Assembly (NCBI GenBank): GCA_009694585.1
Contig: SHUQ01000003.1
Location: 590 to 64,589 of the forward strand
DNA length: 64,000 nucleotides
Direction of reading: 5' to 3'
From: Candidatus Nanopelagicales bacterium
GTDB lineage: Bacteria > Actinomycetota > Actinomycetes > S36-B12
Shown here: positions 20,342-30,391 of the stretch, piece by piece
Numbering within the stretch: the first letter of the stretch is position 1
Layout: every line of letters begins with the position of its first letter
Position numbers and translations under genes: made by a program
Notes under the pieces: generated by a model
The model's input: only the letters and a program-made list of their open reading frames with translations
Databases searched by the model: none
Told to the model about the DNA's origin: nothing

Positions 20342-21337
20342 ATGTCAGGGCAAAAATCAAATGAGATGCTGGCAGCTGTTTATAAAAAAACAGGCGACGC
20401 CCGTGACGTGGTAGTTGTCCGCTCGGTTAGACGTCCTGAAGTTGGCGCCGGTCAAGTTCGGGTGAAAGTCGCATTTTCTGGCATCAACCCAACCGATGTG
20501 AAAATCCGAAAAGGGCCCACCCAACGGCAGATCGATGGTTTCCAAATTCCGCATATGGACGGTTCTGGAACTATCGATGCGGTTGGCCCAGGAGTCGATT
20601 TGACTCGCATTGGTCAGCGCGTTTGGGTACACCTAGCTGCTCATGAGAGTAGGTGGGGGACCGCTGCTGAGTGGACCGTGGTGGCGCAGCACCGAGCCAT
20701 ACCGCTGCCCGATGAGGTGCCATTTGAACTCGCTGCCACGCTAGGGGTGCCTGCGGTAACCGCGGCTAATTGTCTTTTAGGTGACGGCCCGATTGCCGGT
20801 CAAGATGTACTCGTTGCCGGCGGAGCCGGTGCGGTGGGCAGCTGCGCGGTGCAGTTGGCGCACTGGCAAGGTGCGCGCGTTGCCGCGACGGTGAGCGGTG
20901 AAGCAAAAGCCGAGATGGCCCGTTTGGCCGGTGCGGATTTAGTAGTGAACTACCGCGAAGCCGATGCGGTCAGGCAGGTGCAGGCGTGGAGTAGCAATGT
21001 GGCACGGATCGTCGAACTTGATTTGAGCGCCAATTTGGATCTAGATCTTGCGGTGTCGATGCCCGGGACTTCGATCGTGACTTATGCAGTTGACGGAGAA
21101 GACCCGGTCCTGCCGATTCGTAGACTAATGACGGCCGGTGTTTCTTTGCGTTTCATGTTGCTCTACACCTTGCCGGCCCCGGTACTGGCTGCCGCCGTTG
21201 ACGTCGTTAGTGCGGCCCTTTTGGCAGCTGCTCTGCAACTTCCGCCGGTGCAACTATTTGCGCTTACCGACACCGTTTCAGCTCATGAGGCGCAAGAAGC
21301 AGGGCCGCTGGGCCGCATATTGATTGATCTCTCGTAG
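20342..21337 (+). CDS. NADPH:quinone oxidoreductase / zinc-type alcohol dehydrogenase-like (MDR family)
   Basis: Motifs VKVAFSGINPTDV and GGAGAVGSCAVQLA. The start is ATG 20342, or alternatively 20366. Confidence 0.8.
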   Translation: MSGQKSNEMLAAVYKKTGDARDVVVVRSVRRPEVGAGQVRVKVAFSGINPTDVKIRKGPTQRQIDGFQIPHMDGSGTIDAVGPGVDLTRIGQRVWVHLAAHESRWGTAAEWTVVAQHRAIPLPDEVPFELAATLGVPAVTAANCLLGDGPIAGQDVLVAGGAGAVGSCAVQLAHWQGARVAATVSGEAKAEMARLAGADLVVNYREADAVRQVQAWSSNVARIVELDLSANLDLDLAVSMPGTSIVTYAVDGEDPVLPIRRLMTAGVSLRFMLLYTLPAPVLAAAVDVVSAALLAAALQLPPVQLFALTDTVSAHEAQEAGPLGRILIDLS

Positions 21338-21351
21338 TCGATTTGGTGCGG

Positions 21352-21588
21352 TTAGAGATTAAGTACGGGGCACGTCAGGGTGCGCGTAATTCCTGGGACT
21401 ACCTGAATGCTAGCGACTACTAGTCGGCCTAGGTCATCCATGGTGCGTGCCTCTGCCCGCGCAATGACGTCGTAGGGACCGGTGACATCTTCGGCCAGAA
21501 CGACGCCATCAATGTCGCGTATTGCTTGAACCACCGTGGCGGCTTTGCCGACCTCGGTCTGGATGAGAACGTATGCCTGTACGACCAT
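21352..21588 (-). CDS. Stand-alone Lrp/AsnC-type ligand-binding domain protein
   Basis: 78 aa, MVVQAYVLIQTEVGKAATVVQAIRDIDGVVLAEDVTGPYDVIARAEA... Divergent from thiL. Confidence 0.8.
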   Translation of the reverse strand: MVVQAYVLIQTEVGKAATVVQAIRDIDGVVLAEDVTGPYDVIARAEARTMDDLGRLVVASIQVVPGITRTLTCPVLNL

Positions 21589-21594
21589 GCTGAG

Positions 21595-21600
21595 AGACTA
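21595..21600 (-). promoter_or_regulatory. Candidate -10 hexamer TAGTCT placed 6 nt before the AsnC-like ATG (leaderless geometry)
   Basis: Minus strand reads TAGTCT-ctcagc-ATG. Confidence 0.35.
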
Positions 21601-21628
21601 GCGCTGAAACCAAGTCAAAGGGGTACTG

Positions 21629-22597
21629 ATGACCGATTCACCGGATGGCACGATCGCTGATTTAGGGGAGTTTGGCCTCATAGACCGCTTATCTTTGGGC
21701 ACCGGCTCGGCCAAGCAGGTGATTTTGGGTCCAGGAGATGACACCGCAATCGTTGCGGCTCCAGATGGCAAGGTGGTCATCACGACCGACCTCATGGTTG
21801 AGGGCCGACATTTTCGCCGGGATTGGTCCACACCAATTGATGTGGGACGTAAGGCGGCGGCGGCGAGTTTGGCCGATGTGGCCGCAATGGGTGCCGTGCC
21901 AACAGCGCTGGTGGTTGGACTAGCGGCACCCGGTGACCTGCCGGTGGCTTGGGCGGTGGCATGTACCGCCGGTTTGGCCCAGGAAGCGGCACTGGTGGGC
22001 GCGGTAATCGTGGGCGGTGATGTGGCCTCGGCCGATGTCGTCATCTTGTCGGTCACCGCGATCGGTGACCTGCAGGGGCGCGCCCCGGTGTTACGCAGTG
22101 GCGCCAAGGTGGGTGATCAGGTTGCCATCGCGGGTCGTATCGGCTGGGCCGCCGCGGGACTTGCGTTACTAACCCGCGGGTTCAGGTCACCGAAAGTTCT
22201 TGTTGATGCGCACCGGTATCCAGAGCCACTGTACGCAGCCGGCCCGGCCGCGGCAAAAGCTAAGGCCACTTCGATGATCGACGTCAGTGACGGGATGGTC
22301 GCCGATGCTAGACACCTTGCCATCGCATCAAGTGTGGTGATCGAGATCGATACCTCCACTTGGGTGATCGCCGAACCGCTGCAGGCCGCGGCTTCGGCGT
22401 ACAACGTTGATCCGCGTGAGTGGATGCTCACCGGTGGTGATGATCACGCTTTCCTCGCCACCTTCCCGGCGAAAACCAAATTACCCAAAAACTTCACTGC
22501 GATCGGGGTAGTAAGTGCCGTTGGTGATGCAGGTGCTGGGGTAATGGTCGATGGGGTTTGGAGCGCAGCGGTGGGCGGGCATGTGCACTACTTGTAG
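21629..22597 (+). CDS. thiL: Thiamine-monophosphate kinase
   Basis: 322 aa. AIR-synthase-like fold with motifs GPGDDTAIV and DVSDG. Confidence 0.9.
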   Translation: MTDSPDGTIADLGEFGLIDRLSLGTGSAKQVILGPGDDTAIVAAPDGKVVITTDLMVEGRHFRRDWSTPIDVGRKAAAASLADVAAMGAVPTALVVGLAAPGDLPVAWAVACTAGLAQEAALVGAVIVGGDVASADVVILSVTAIGDLQGRAPVLRSGAKVGDQVAIAGRIGWAAAGLALLTRGFRSPKVLVDAHRYPEPLYAAGPAAAKAKATSMIDVSDGMVADARHLAIASSVVIEIDTSTWVIAEPLQAAASAYNVDPREWMLTGGDDHAFLATFPAKTKLPKNFTAIGVVSAVGDAGAGVMVDGVWSAAVGGHVHYL

Positions 22598-22651
22598 TTA
22601 TGTAACAAGTATTTCTGCGTACCCACCGGTTAACTTGGTGGCCGGACAAAC

Positions 22652-22677
22652 AAAAAAGCGCGGGGATAAACCCGCGC
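22652..22677 (-). terminator. Intrinsic terminator of rpmB
   Basis: Minus strand reads GCGCGGG-uuuauc-CCCGCGC followed by UUUUUU. Confidence 0.65.
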
Positions 22678-22695
22678 CTTCTCGTGGGAAAGAAC

Positions 22696-22884
22696 TTAGC
22701 CGCGCACGACCTTGCCGGCCTTAAGGCAAGAAGCGCAGACATTTTGACGCTTGGGGGTTTTACCTACCAGGGTGCGAACCCGCTGAATATTGGGATTCCA
22801 CCGCCGCTTGGTGCGAACATGAGAGTGGGAAACGCTGTACCCGAAGCTCGGGCCCTTGCCGCAGACGTCGCAGTTGGCAGCCAC
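22696..22884 (-). CDS. rpmB: 50S ribosomal protein L28
   Basis: Start taken at GTG 22884, with an AAGGAG SD. Sequence [34 protein letters not shown]. Confidence 0.93.
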   Translation of the reverse strand: MAANCDVCGKGPSFGYSVSHSHVRTKRRWNPNIQRVRTLVGKTPKRQNVCASCLKAGKVVRG

Positions 22885-23053
22885 TGTGAACTCCTTCAGA
22901 TGCTTGCCAGGCTCGGTGGTTACCGTGCGTGGCCCGATTCGGGTCGTAGGCTGACCGTGTGGACAGCGGCCCAAGGGTAGCCGACAAGGTGGCCAAGCCC
23001 CAAATTGGGAGGGTATCTATGCGCTGGGTCGTTGAGGAGGAAAGGGGGAGGGG

Positions 23054-24673
23054 GTGGCACCGCAAAACGATGAGCTAGATGCACAGGGGATCCAGACCTG
23101 GGCTTATACGGCCCTGACCGCCCTAGGTGAGGCGCGCGCCGAGATTGATGCTCTAAATGTCTTCCCCGTGCCCGATAGTGATACCGGCACCAATGTCTTT
23201 TTGACGATAGAAGCTGCCTGCCACGATATTGACCAAGCACTTGATGCCCCGGGGCACTCGCGCTCCAGTATCGCCCGGGCCCTAGCGCACGGGGCTTTGC
23301 TGGGGGCTCGGGGTAACTCGGGAGTAATTATCTCCCAGATTTTCCGTGGCTGCAGCGATGCACTTGCCAAGGTGGCCCTAGATCGTCCAGTTTCAGGAGC
23401 AGATGTTGCAGAGATGTTGCGGCTGGCTGCTGACATGGCTTACGCGGCGGTTACCAAACCGGTTGAGGGAACCATCTTGACCGTGGCTCGGGCTGCGGCC
23501 GATGCGGCATTGGCTGCGGTTGCCGCTGATGGTGAAGCTGGGATAGGTGCGGTAGTGACTCACGCAGCAGCCGCGGCCCAAGATGCACTTGAGCAGACTC
23601 CGCAATTGTTGGAGGCCCTGCGTCGGGCAGGAGTAGTTGATGCTGGTGGCCGCGCTTATGTCGTGATTTTGGATGCGCTGGTAAGTGTGGTGACGGGCGT
23701 GCGTAAGGCATCAGCGGCTAGCTATGTGTCACGCCCCCGCACAACTGACGTTGAGCCAAATGCGAACTACTCTGGCCCTGCGTATGAAGTGATGTTTCTT
23801 CTTGACGCAACCGCCCCGGCTGTTGACATCATGCGAGCGCGCCTCGGTGAACTCGGTGACAGTCTTGTAGTGGTCGGCGGTGAGAGCCTTTGGAATGTGC
23901 ACGTCCATGTTGACGATGCGGGCGCAGCAGTTGAAGCGGCAATCGCCGCAGGACTTCCATATCGCATTCGGATAACGCACCTTGAGGTGGCGAATTCGAT
24001 GATAGATCAGGTGGCCCGTGGGGTAGTCGCGGTGGCTCATGGCCCAGGCACCGCCTCGCTGATGGAAAGCCTCGGCGTGACCATCGTCGCGGCACAACCT
24101 GGGCAACGACCGTCAACAAAGGAGTTACTCAATGCGATAACCGCGTTGGGTGCAGCCGAAGTCATACTTCTGCCGAGTGACAAAGACACCTGGCCGGTTG
24201 CTGAAGTTGCAGCCGAACAAGCCCGCGCGGCAAATGTCAGAGTCTCCGTCGTCCCAACCAGGTCAATCGTTCAGACGCTTGCCGCGATTGCGGTGCATGA
24301 AAATAGCTCTCGATTTGAAGATGATGTCGTTGCCATGACACGGGCGGCTGGTGCCACCCGTTATGGCGCGGTGACCATCGCGGTGCGCCAGGCGCTAACC
24401 ACTGTCGGCCAGTGCCAAGTCGGTGATGTTCTCGGGTTGGTGGACGGTGACATAGTCATACTTGGAAGAGACATTGTTACCGTGATTCGCGAACTACTTC
24501 AAGGCATGCTTGCTGTTGGTGGCGAGCTCGTGACTTTGGTTTCTGGGCTCGAAGTTGGCACCGAGATAACCGATGGCATTCCGAAGTGGTTGCAGCGCGA
24601 GTTTCCTTTGGTAGACATCAATATTTATGACGGTGGGCAGCCACTTTGGCCTCTGATCATCGGTGTCGAATGA
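23054..24673 (+). CDS. DAK2 domain fusion protein (YloV-like)
   Basis: 539 aa. N-terminal DAK2 motif PDSDTGTN and a DegV-like C-terminal half. Conserved upstream of recG. Confidence 0.85.
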   Translation: MAPQNDELDAQGIQTWAYTALTALGEARAEIDALNVFPVPDSDTGTNVFLTIEAACHDIDQALDAPGHSRSSIARALAHGALLGARGNSGVIISQIFRGCSDALAKVALDRPVSGADVAEMLRLAADMAYAAVTKPVEGTILTVARAAADAALAAVAADGEAGIGAVVTHAAAAAQDALEQTPQLLEALRRAGVVDAGGRAYVVILDALVSVVTGVRKASAASYVSRPRTTDVEPNANYSGPAYEVMFLLDATAPAVDIMRARLGELGDSLVVVGGESLWNVHVHVDDAGAAVEAAIAAGLPYRIRITHLEVANSMIDQVARGVVAVAHGPGTASLMESLGVTIVAAQPGQRPSTKELLNAITALGAAEVILLPSDKDTWPVAEVAAEQARAANVRVSVVPTRSIVQTLAAIAVHENSSRFEDDVVAMTRAAGATRYGAVTIAVRQALTTVGQCQVGDVLGLVDGDIVILGRDIVTVIRELLQGMLAVGGELVTLVSGLEVGTEITDGIPKWLQREFPLVDINIYDGGQPLWPLIIGVE

Positions 24674-26856
24674 CGTCTGGTGACCTCGAACGTCCACTTG
24701 CTGGTGAGGTGGGCGGCAAGACCACCACTGCGCTGACCAAGGCGTTTGGCATGGTCACGGTCAGTGACTTGCTGCGGCATTATCCGCGCCGTTATGCGCA
24801 ACGTGGTGAGCTCACCGATTTATCTACTTTGGTTGAAGGTGAATCGGTCACCGTACTTGCCGAAATTGAGCAAGTGACAGTAAGGCCGATGAAGCAGCGC
24901 CGCGGCTCAATTGTTGAAGCGATAGTGACCGACGGCAAGGGCCGCCTTTCGGTGACTTTTTTCAATCAGGCTTGGCGTGAACGTGAGTTGCGGGCGGGAC
25001 GTAGCGGGCTCTTCTCTGGTCAGGTTTCATCCTTTCGAAATAAGCGGCAACTAGCTCATCCGCAGTGCCTGCTTTTCCCGGAGGGCGTCGATGATGATCC
25101 AGAAGCCACCGCCGCATTCGCTGGAGTCCTGATCCCGATTTATCCGGCGACAGGATCTTTAAGCTCCTGGAAAATTGCGGGTGCGGTGCGGATGGTTCTT
25201 GATACGTTGGGTGAAGTTGCCGATCCGATCCCTGATGATCTGCGTGCGGCCGAAGGGTTAATCGAGCTAACGCAGGCCTTGCGCCTAATTCATCGACCTG
25301 CCGATCTTGAAGATGTTACGGCCGCGCGAACACGACTTAAGTTCGAGGAAGCATTTGTTTTGCAAGTGGTGCTTGCGCAGCGCCGTCAGCAGATGATGCA
25401 TCTAAGCGCGACCCCACGTTCGGTTATTGGTGGGCCTATGCGAACTGCCTTCGATAAACAGCTGCCATTTGTGCTCACCGCTGGTCAGGATTCAGTTAGC
25501 GCAGAGATTGCGAAGGATCTGGCCGGCACCCACCCGATGCACCGACTACTTCAAGGAGACGTTGGTAGCGGTAAAACGATTGTGGCCTTGCGCGCAATGT
25601 TGTCTGTGGTCGATGCGGGTGGGCAGGCGGCGCTTCTGGCGCCGACCGAGGTGCTCGCGGCACAGCATTATCGATCTATCCGCGCACTTCTAGGCCCCTT
25701 GGCCGAGCGTGGACGCCTAGGGGGCGCAGACGAAGGCACCCGAGTGGCCTTGCTTACTGGGTCACAGCGCACCGCGCAGCGTCGGGTTGAACTCCTAGAT
25801 GTGATCACCGGAGATGCCGGGATAGTTGTTGGGACCCACGCCCTTATCCAAGACACGGTTGAGTTTCGTGACCTTGCTCTGGTCGTGGTTGATGAGCAAC
25901 ACCGATTCGGGGTCGAGCAAAGAGCGGCACTTGCGGCTAAAGCCCGCGACGGCACCAGGCCACATGTACTCGTGATGACAGCCACCCCAATCCCACGCAC
26001 TGTCGCAATGACCGTTTTTGGCGATTTAGATATCTCTACACTGTCTGAACTCCCGGCCGGACGCACTCCGATCGCCACCCATGTGATCTCCACTCGTGAG
26101 CAACCTGGGCACCTAGCGCGAGCGTGGGAGCGGGTCCAAGAAGAGGCCGCGCAAAAGCGCCGCATATTTGTGGTGTGTCCGCGCATTGGCGGCGCCGGTG
26201 AAGAGGATGATCTAGATATTGAGTCGGGTGAAACTTCGATCTCCTCGGTTTTGGATGTGGCTGCAAATCTGGCTCGCGATTTTCCAGATCTGCGAGTCGA
26301 GATGTTGCATGGCCGGATGAGCGGCGATGAAAAGGAAGATGTGATGGCAAGATTTGCGGACATCTCACGGCATGACGGCATCGATGTGCTGGTGGCTACC
26401 ACGGTCATTGAAGTCGGAGTTGATGTGCCAGATGCCACTACGATGATAATTCTTGATGCTGATCGGTTCGGTATTTCTCAACTTCATCAGCTACGCGGGC
26501 GGGTGGGCCGCGGCTCTTCACCTGGTTTGTGTTTGCTGGTTACTGAAACTGAAGGTGGCAGCCCAGCGCGGGAACGACTGCTCGCCGTAGCATCAACCAC
26601 CGACGGATTTGAGTTGTCGAAGCTGGATTTGCAAATGCGCCGCGAGGGCGACGTACTTGGCTCGATGCAGTCGGGCCGGCGCAGCTCACTGCGCCTCCTG
26701 GAAGTGGTACGTGACGAGGGGATCATCGAGCGGGCGCGCACGGCGGCACATGAAGTTGTTGAAAATGACCCAGAGTTGATTTTGCACCCGGCTTTGCGGC
26801 TGGCAATAAGGGCACTCATTGCTGATGAACAAGCCGACTTTATGGAGAAAGCATGA
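24670..26856 (+). CDS. recG: ATP-dependent DNA helicase RecG
   Basis: Motifs GDVGSGKT, VVDEQHRFG and QLHQLRGRVGRG. ATGA overlap with the upstream gene. Confidence 0.93.
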   Translation: MTSGDLERPLAGEVGGKTTTALTKAFGMVTVSDLLRHYPRRYAQRGELTDLSTLVEGESVTVLAEIEQVTVRPMKQRRGSIVEAIVTDGKGRLSVTFFNQAWRERELRAGRSGLFSGQVSSFRNKRQLAHPQCLLFPEGVDDDPEATAAFAGVLIPIYPATGSLSSWKIAGAVRMVLDTLGEVADPIPDDLRAAEGLIELTQALRLIHRPADLEDVTAARTRLKFEEAFVLQVVLAQRRQQMMHLSATPRSVIGGPMRTAFDKQLPFVLTAGQDSVSAEIAKDLAGTHPMHRLLQGDVGSGKTIVALRAMLSVVDAGGQAALLAPTEVLAAQHYRSIRALLGPLAERGRLGGADEGTRVALLTGSQRTAQRRVELLDVITGDAGIVVGTHALIQDTVEFRDLALVVVDEQHRFGVEQRAALAAKARDGTRPHVLVMTATPIPRTVAMTVFGDLDISTLSELPAGRTPIATHVISTREQPGHLARAWERVQEEAAQKRRIFVVCPRIGGAGEEDDLDIESGETSISSVLDVAANLARDFPDLRVEMLHGRMSGDEKEDVMARFADISRHDGIDVLVATTVIEVGVDVPDATTMIILDADRFGISQLHQLRGRVGRGSSPGLCLLVTETEGGSPARERLLAVASTTDGFELSKLDLQMRREGDVLGSMQSGRRSSLRLLEVVRDEGIIERARTAAHEVVENDPELILHPALRLAIRALIADEQADFMEKA

Positions 26857-27443
26857 CCCGAATCATCGCTGGGGCGGCAAAGGGTCGGCGTCTTGCTGTG
26901 CCAAAACTCGGTACTCGCCCCACCTCAGATCGGGTGCGCGAATCCTTGTTCTCGGCGGTGTCCGCGCATTTCCTCAAAGTTGGTGTCAGTTGGTCTGAAT
27001 TAGTGGTGCTTGATCTTTATGCGGGTACGGGTGCCCTTGGGCTCGAGGCTTTGAGCCGAGGCGCGCACCGGGTGTTGCTTATCGAAAAGACACGGGCCGC
27101 CGGTGCGGTCATCGAGGCCAACATCAAAGTGGTAGCACTGCCGGGTGCTCAACTGCTGATTGGCGATGTAACTGCGGTAATTGAAAGATTGGGCGCGGAG
27201 CCCTTTGGTTTAGTACTGGTAGATCCGCCATATGAGGTCAGCTCGGAGGCGATCGCCACCCTGCTGACGGCGTTGCAGGCCTATAAAACACTGGCCAGTG
27301 AAGCGTTGGTCGTTGTGGAGCGACCGACCGGAGGCGGGCAGGCGCCGTTTCCGGCTTCATGGCGGGTTCTGCGACAGTCTGGGCAAGGTGATACCACCCT
27401 TTGGTACGGTCAAGCACCAGAGAACGTTCTCGACTGTAAATGA
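26853..27443 (+). CDS. rsmD: 16S rRNA (guanine966-N2)-methyltransferase
   Basis: 196 aa. Motifs LDLYAGTGALGLEALSRGA and DPPY. Confidence 0.88.
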   Translation: MTRIIAGAAKGRRLAVPKLGTRPTSDRVRESLFSAVSAHFLKVGVSWSELVVLDLYAGTGALGLEALSRGAHRVLLIEKTRAAGAVIEANIKVVALPGAQLLIGDVTAVIERLGAEPFGLVLVDPPYEVSSEAIATLLTALQAYKTLASEALVVVERPTGGGQAPFPASWRVLRQSGQGDTTLWYGQAPENVLDCK

Positions 27444-27453
27444 GGAGCCGGTC

Positions 27454-27939
27454 ATGCGACGAGCGGTCTGCCCCGGATCATTTGATCCGTGCACCAATGG
27501 CCACCTTGACGTCTTTGCGCGCGCCGCAGAGATGGCAGATGAAGTTATTGTCGCGGTGCTAATCAACAATACCAAGTCGAGTTTATTCACCGTTGCTGAG
27601 CGCATTGAGATGCTCAAAGAAGTTGTGGCTCCGCTCCCGAATGTGAAAATCGACTCCTTCCACGGACTACTTGTCGACTACTGCCGTGACCATGATGCAC
27701 AGGTGATAGTCAAAGGCCTTCGTGCGGTGAGTGACTTTGACTATGAGCTGCAGATGGCCCAGATGAACTACCGCCTCACTCGGGTTGAAACCGTCTTTAT
27801 CTCGACCAACCCCCTGTATAGTTATTTATCGTCCAGTTTGGTCAAAGAAGTTGCCACTTATGGTGGAGATGTAACCGGACTGGTGCCTGACCTCGTGTTG
27901 GGAAGGCTCCGAGAGAAGATTTCAGGCACAATAGGCTGA
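27454..27939 (+). CDS. coaD: Phosphopantetheine adenylyltransferase
   Basis: Start taken at ATG 27454, with a GAGGAG SD. Motif CPGSFDPCTNGHLD. Confidence 0.93.
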   Translation: MRRAVCPGSFDPCTNGHLDVFARAAEMADEVIVAVLINNTKSSLFTVAERIEMLKEVVAPLPNVKIDSFHGLLVDYCRDHDAQVIVKGLRAVSDFDYELQMAQMNYRLTRVETVFISTNPLYSYLSSSLVKEVATYGGDVTGLVPDLVLGRLREKISGTIG

Positions 27940-27966
27940 GCAGCGCGGCCAAGACGAGGAGATGCT

Positions 27967-28476
27967 TTGGACGTCCAAGAACGGCTCGACGAACTCGCCG
28001 TCCTGATCGAAGACGCGAAGGCGATGCCACTATCGGCATCATGCTTGGTCAACCGGGCTCAGGTGCTTGATCTCATCGACGAGATCCGCCAGTTGCTCCC
28101 CGAGTCAGTAGCGCGTGCCGACGAGCTACTCGCTGATCGCGAGGCGGTAGTTCAAGACGGCCGCCGTGAAGCCGATCGGTTATTGGAACGGGCGCGAAAT
28201 GAGTCTGATCGCATGGTCACCGAACACGAGGTTTATTTAGCAGCGGTAGGGGAGTCCCAAGCGATGCGCGCCGAGGCGGCTGAAGAGACAGCGCGGATGC
28301 GGATGGAGACCGATGACTACATAGATGCCAAATTGGCAACTTTTGAAATCGCGCTGAACAAAACCTTGCAGACGGTAGATCGGGGCCGTGAGCGACTGCG
28401 TGCGCAAGTTTACGAGGATTTGGCGCCGGAACCTTCGCAAGCGGCCCTGGATGAGATTTACGACGATCAGCGCTGA
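27967..28476 (+). CDS. DivIVA-family coiled-coil protein resembling mycobacterial SepIVA (shorter form)
   Basis: 169 aa. TTG start with a GAGGAG SD 5 nt upstream. The N-terminus LDELAVLIEDAKAMPLSASCLVNRAQVLDLIDEIRQLLP and the C-terminus DDYIDAKLATFEIALNKTLQTVDRGRERL match my memory of Rv2927c. It sits next to the yceD-like gene, as in mycobacteria. Confidence 0.6.
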   Translation: MDVQERLDELAVLIEDAKAMPLSASCLVNRAQVLDLIDEIRQLLPESVARADELLADREAVVQDGRREADRLLERARNESDRMVTEHEVYLAAVGESQAMRAEAAEETARMRMETDDYIDAKLATFEIALNKTLQTVDRGRERLRAQVYEDLAPEPSQAALDEIYDDQR

Positions 28477-28610
28477 ATAGGGCTGAATAGCTCTGGGCGG
28501 TATGTCCGATTTTAAGTCCGCTCTACCTAGGCGGTATCCTCCTGCGGGTAACCTTTAACCCAAAGCTGGTGTTTCGCTATGACCAATCGTGCTAATCCGA
28601 CAGGGGTGCA

Positions 28611-29198
28611 GTGACCGGCCTCGACCCTAGAAGTCCGCTAGTTCTTGATACTCGGGCTTTGAACCTGCCACGGCGGGCCGGGTCGATGATCACGGTGACC
28701 CGGACGGTTCCTAGCCCGGTCGACATGGGGGTGGCACTAGCCCGAGTCCTTCCTGACTCACCGGTCGAACTTGAGCTACGGCTGGAGTCGGTCATGGAGG
28801 GGGTCTTGGTCTCAGGTTCAGCGGAAGTGCATGTAGACGCCGAGTGCGCTCGGTGCCTAGATCCAATGAGCTGGGACGAAGTAATTGAGTTCAGCGAGTT
28901 ATTCGTCTATCCCGCCACAGATGCTCGTGGCGCGGTGGTCGAAGAGCCCGGTGAAGACGACGAAGACCCGTTGCCAAAACTTCAGGACGACATGATCGAT
29001 CTGGAGACCACGCTGCGAGATGCAGTGGTGCTGGACTTTCCGCTAGCACCGGTGTGTCAAAGTTATTGCGCAGGACTGTGCTCGGTCTGCGGGGTTAGGC
29101 TTGACGACTTCCCAGGGCACGAGCACGAACAGCTTGATCCAAGGTGGGCGGCACTTGCTGCCTTGGCGGCACCAGACTTAACCGAAGACATCAGTTAA
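28611..29198 (+). CDS. YceD/DUF177 family protein
   Basis: 195 aa. Cys clusters CARCLDP and CxxxCxxC. Immediately upstream of rpmF. Confidence 0.85.
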   Translation: MTGLDPRSPLVLDTRALNLPRRAGSMITVTRTVPSPVDMGVALARVLPDSPVELELRLESVMEGVLVSGSAEVHVDAECARCLDPMSWDEVIEFSELFVYPATDARGAVVEEPGEDDEDPLPKLQDDMIDLETTLRDAVVLDFPLAPVCQSYCAGLCSVCGVRLDDFPGHEHEQLDPRWAALAALAAPDLTEDIS

Positions 29199-29216
29199 CC
29201 CAAGAAAGAGGACACC

Positions 29217-29390
29217 GTGCCAGTACCGAAGCGCAAAACCTCGCGCTCTAATACCCGCCACCGCCGTTCGCAGTGGAAGACGACAGTGCCGAATTTGGTG
29301 ACCTGCGTCCGCTGCAAGGAGAAGCGCCTGGCTCACACCGCGTGCCCAACCTGTGGCACTTACGCCAAGCGACGCGTGCTGGACGTCTGA
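29217..29390 (+). CDS. rpmF: 50S ribosomal protein L32
   Basis: 57 aa, absent from the ORF track because it is under 60 aa. GTG start. Sequence VPVPKRKTSRSNTRHRRSQWKTTVPNLVTCVRCKEKRLAHTACPTCGTYAKRRVLDV. Confidence 0.9.
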   Translation: MPVPKRKTSRSNTRHRRSQWKTTVPNLVTCVRCKEKRLAHTACPTCGTYAKRRVLDV

Positions 29391-29392
29391 TC

Positions 29393-30391
29393 ATGGCCCG
29401 CGTCGCCCTAGATCTCTTGGGCGGCGATGGTGCTCCCGAGGTCGTGGCCGATGCCGTGGCGGCGTTGGATCTTGACGCACTCGACATCGACCTCGTCCTC
29501 GTGGGCCCGCCCGCTCTCGCGATCGATTTACTTGCTGTGCGCGGCATCAATGTGGCCGAGCAGCCGCGCTTGACTGTTTTGAGCGCTACCACCGCGGTGC
29601 CAATGGCTGGCGACCCTTTGTCATATGTTCGCTCACACCCAGAAGTCAGTGTCATGGTGGCTGCTGACTCAGTAAGCAGTGGCGAAGTTGACGCTTGGGT
29701 CTCAGTTGGGCATAGCGGTGCCGCTGTAGCCGCGGCGGTTTTGTCATGCGGTCGAGTCGCTGGTATGTCGCGTCCGGCCCTAGCGGTGGTGCTGCCAGCC
29801 ACTTTCGGGCCGGTTGTTCTAGTTGACGTTGGTGCCTCCCCGGAAGCAACCGCAAATGTCCTAACTCAGTTTGCGATGGCCGGGTGGTGCTATGCCACCG
29901 CATTAGGGATCCACGACCCAGCTGTGGGTCTACTGAACATTGGTAGCGAAGCCGGCAAAGGCGATGCACTTCGCTTAGCCGCCGACACCTTGATGCAAGG
30001 CCGGTTGCCTGGGCTCGGTGTGCGATACGCGGGCTCAGTGGAAGGTCATGACGTAGCTTCCGGAGCGCGAGCTCAGGTGATCGTTACTGACGGATTCACG
30101 GGCAATGTTTTACTAAAAGGAATTGAAGGTGCGGTTGGTTGGGCGGCGCAGCAGATGGCGCTTGCATATGGCGACCCCAAACCGGCTCGCACGGTTGTCG
30201 CGGGAACCGCGACCGGAGACTTTGCGGCTGGTATGTTGCTCGGGGTGAATGGCGTCACTGTTATTGGGCATGGTGCCGGAAGCCCGCATGAAATAGTTGC
30301 ATGCGTTCGGTTAGCAGCGCGCGCCGCCAATACAGATCTGATTGGTCTTACCCAACGGACATTTGCCGCATTATTGGAGCAAGTCAAGTGA
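29393..30391 (+). CDS. plsX: Phosphate acyltransferase PlsX
   Basis: Start taken at ATG 29393 (MARVALDLLGGDGAP). Motifs VSVGHSGA, DVGASPEA, GLLNIGSEAGKG and DGFTGNVLLK. Confidence 0.88.
   Translation: MARVALDLLGGDGAPEVVADAVAALDLDALDIDLVLVGPPALAIDLLAVRGINVAEQPRLTVLSATTAVPMAGDPLSYVRSHPEVSVMVAADSVSSGEVDAWVSVGHSGAAVAAAVLSCGRVAGMSRPALAVVLPATFGPVVLVDVGASPEATANVLTQFAMAGWCYATALGIHDPAVGLLNIGSEAGKGDALRLAADTLMQGRLPGLGVRYAGSVEGHDVASGARAQVIVTDGFTGNVLLKGIEGAVGWAAQQMALAYGDPKPARTVVAGTATGDFAAGMLLGVNGVTVIGHGAGSPHEIVACVRLAARAANTDLIGLTQRTFAALLEQVK

Noticed and set aside
21598-22107. 169-aa minus-strand ORF antisense to thiL
   Set aside because: Same GC-bias artefact: Ala/Ser/Thr/Pro-rich with no motifs, overlapping a confident thiL.
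25668-26438. 256-aa minus-strand ORF antisense to recG
   Set aside because: Ser/Arg/Thr/Ala-rich antisense frame with no recognisable domain.
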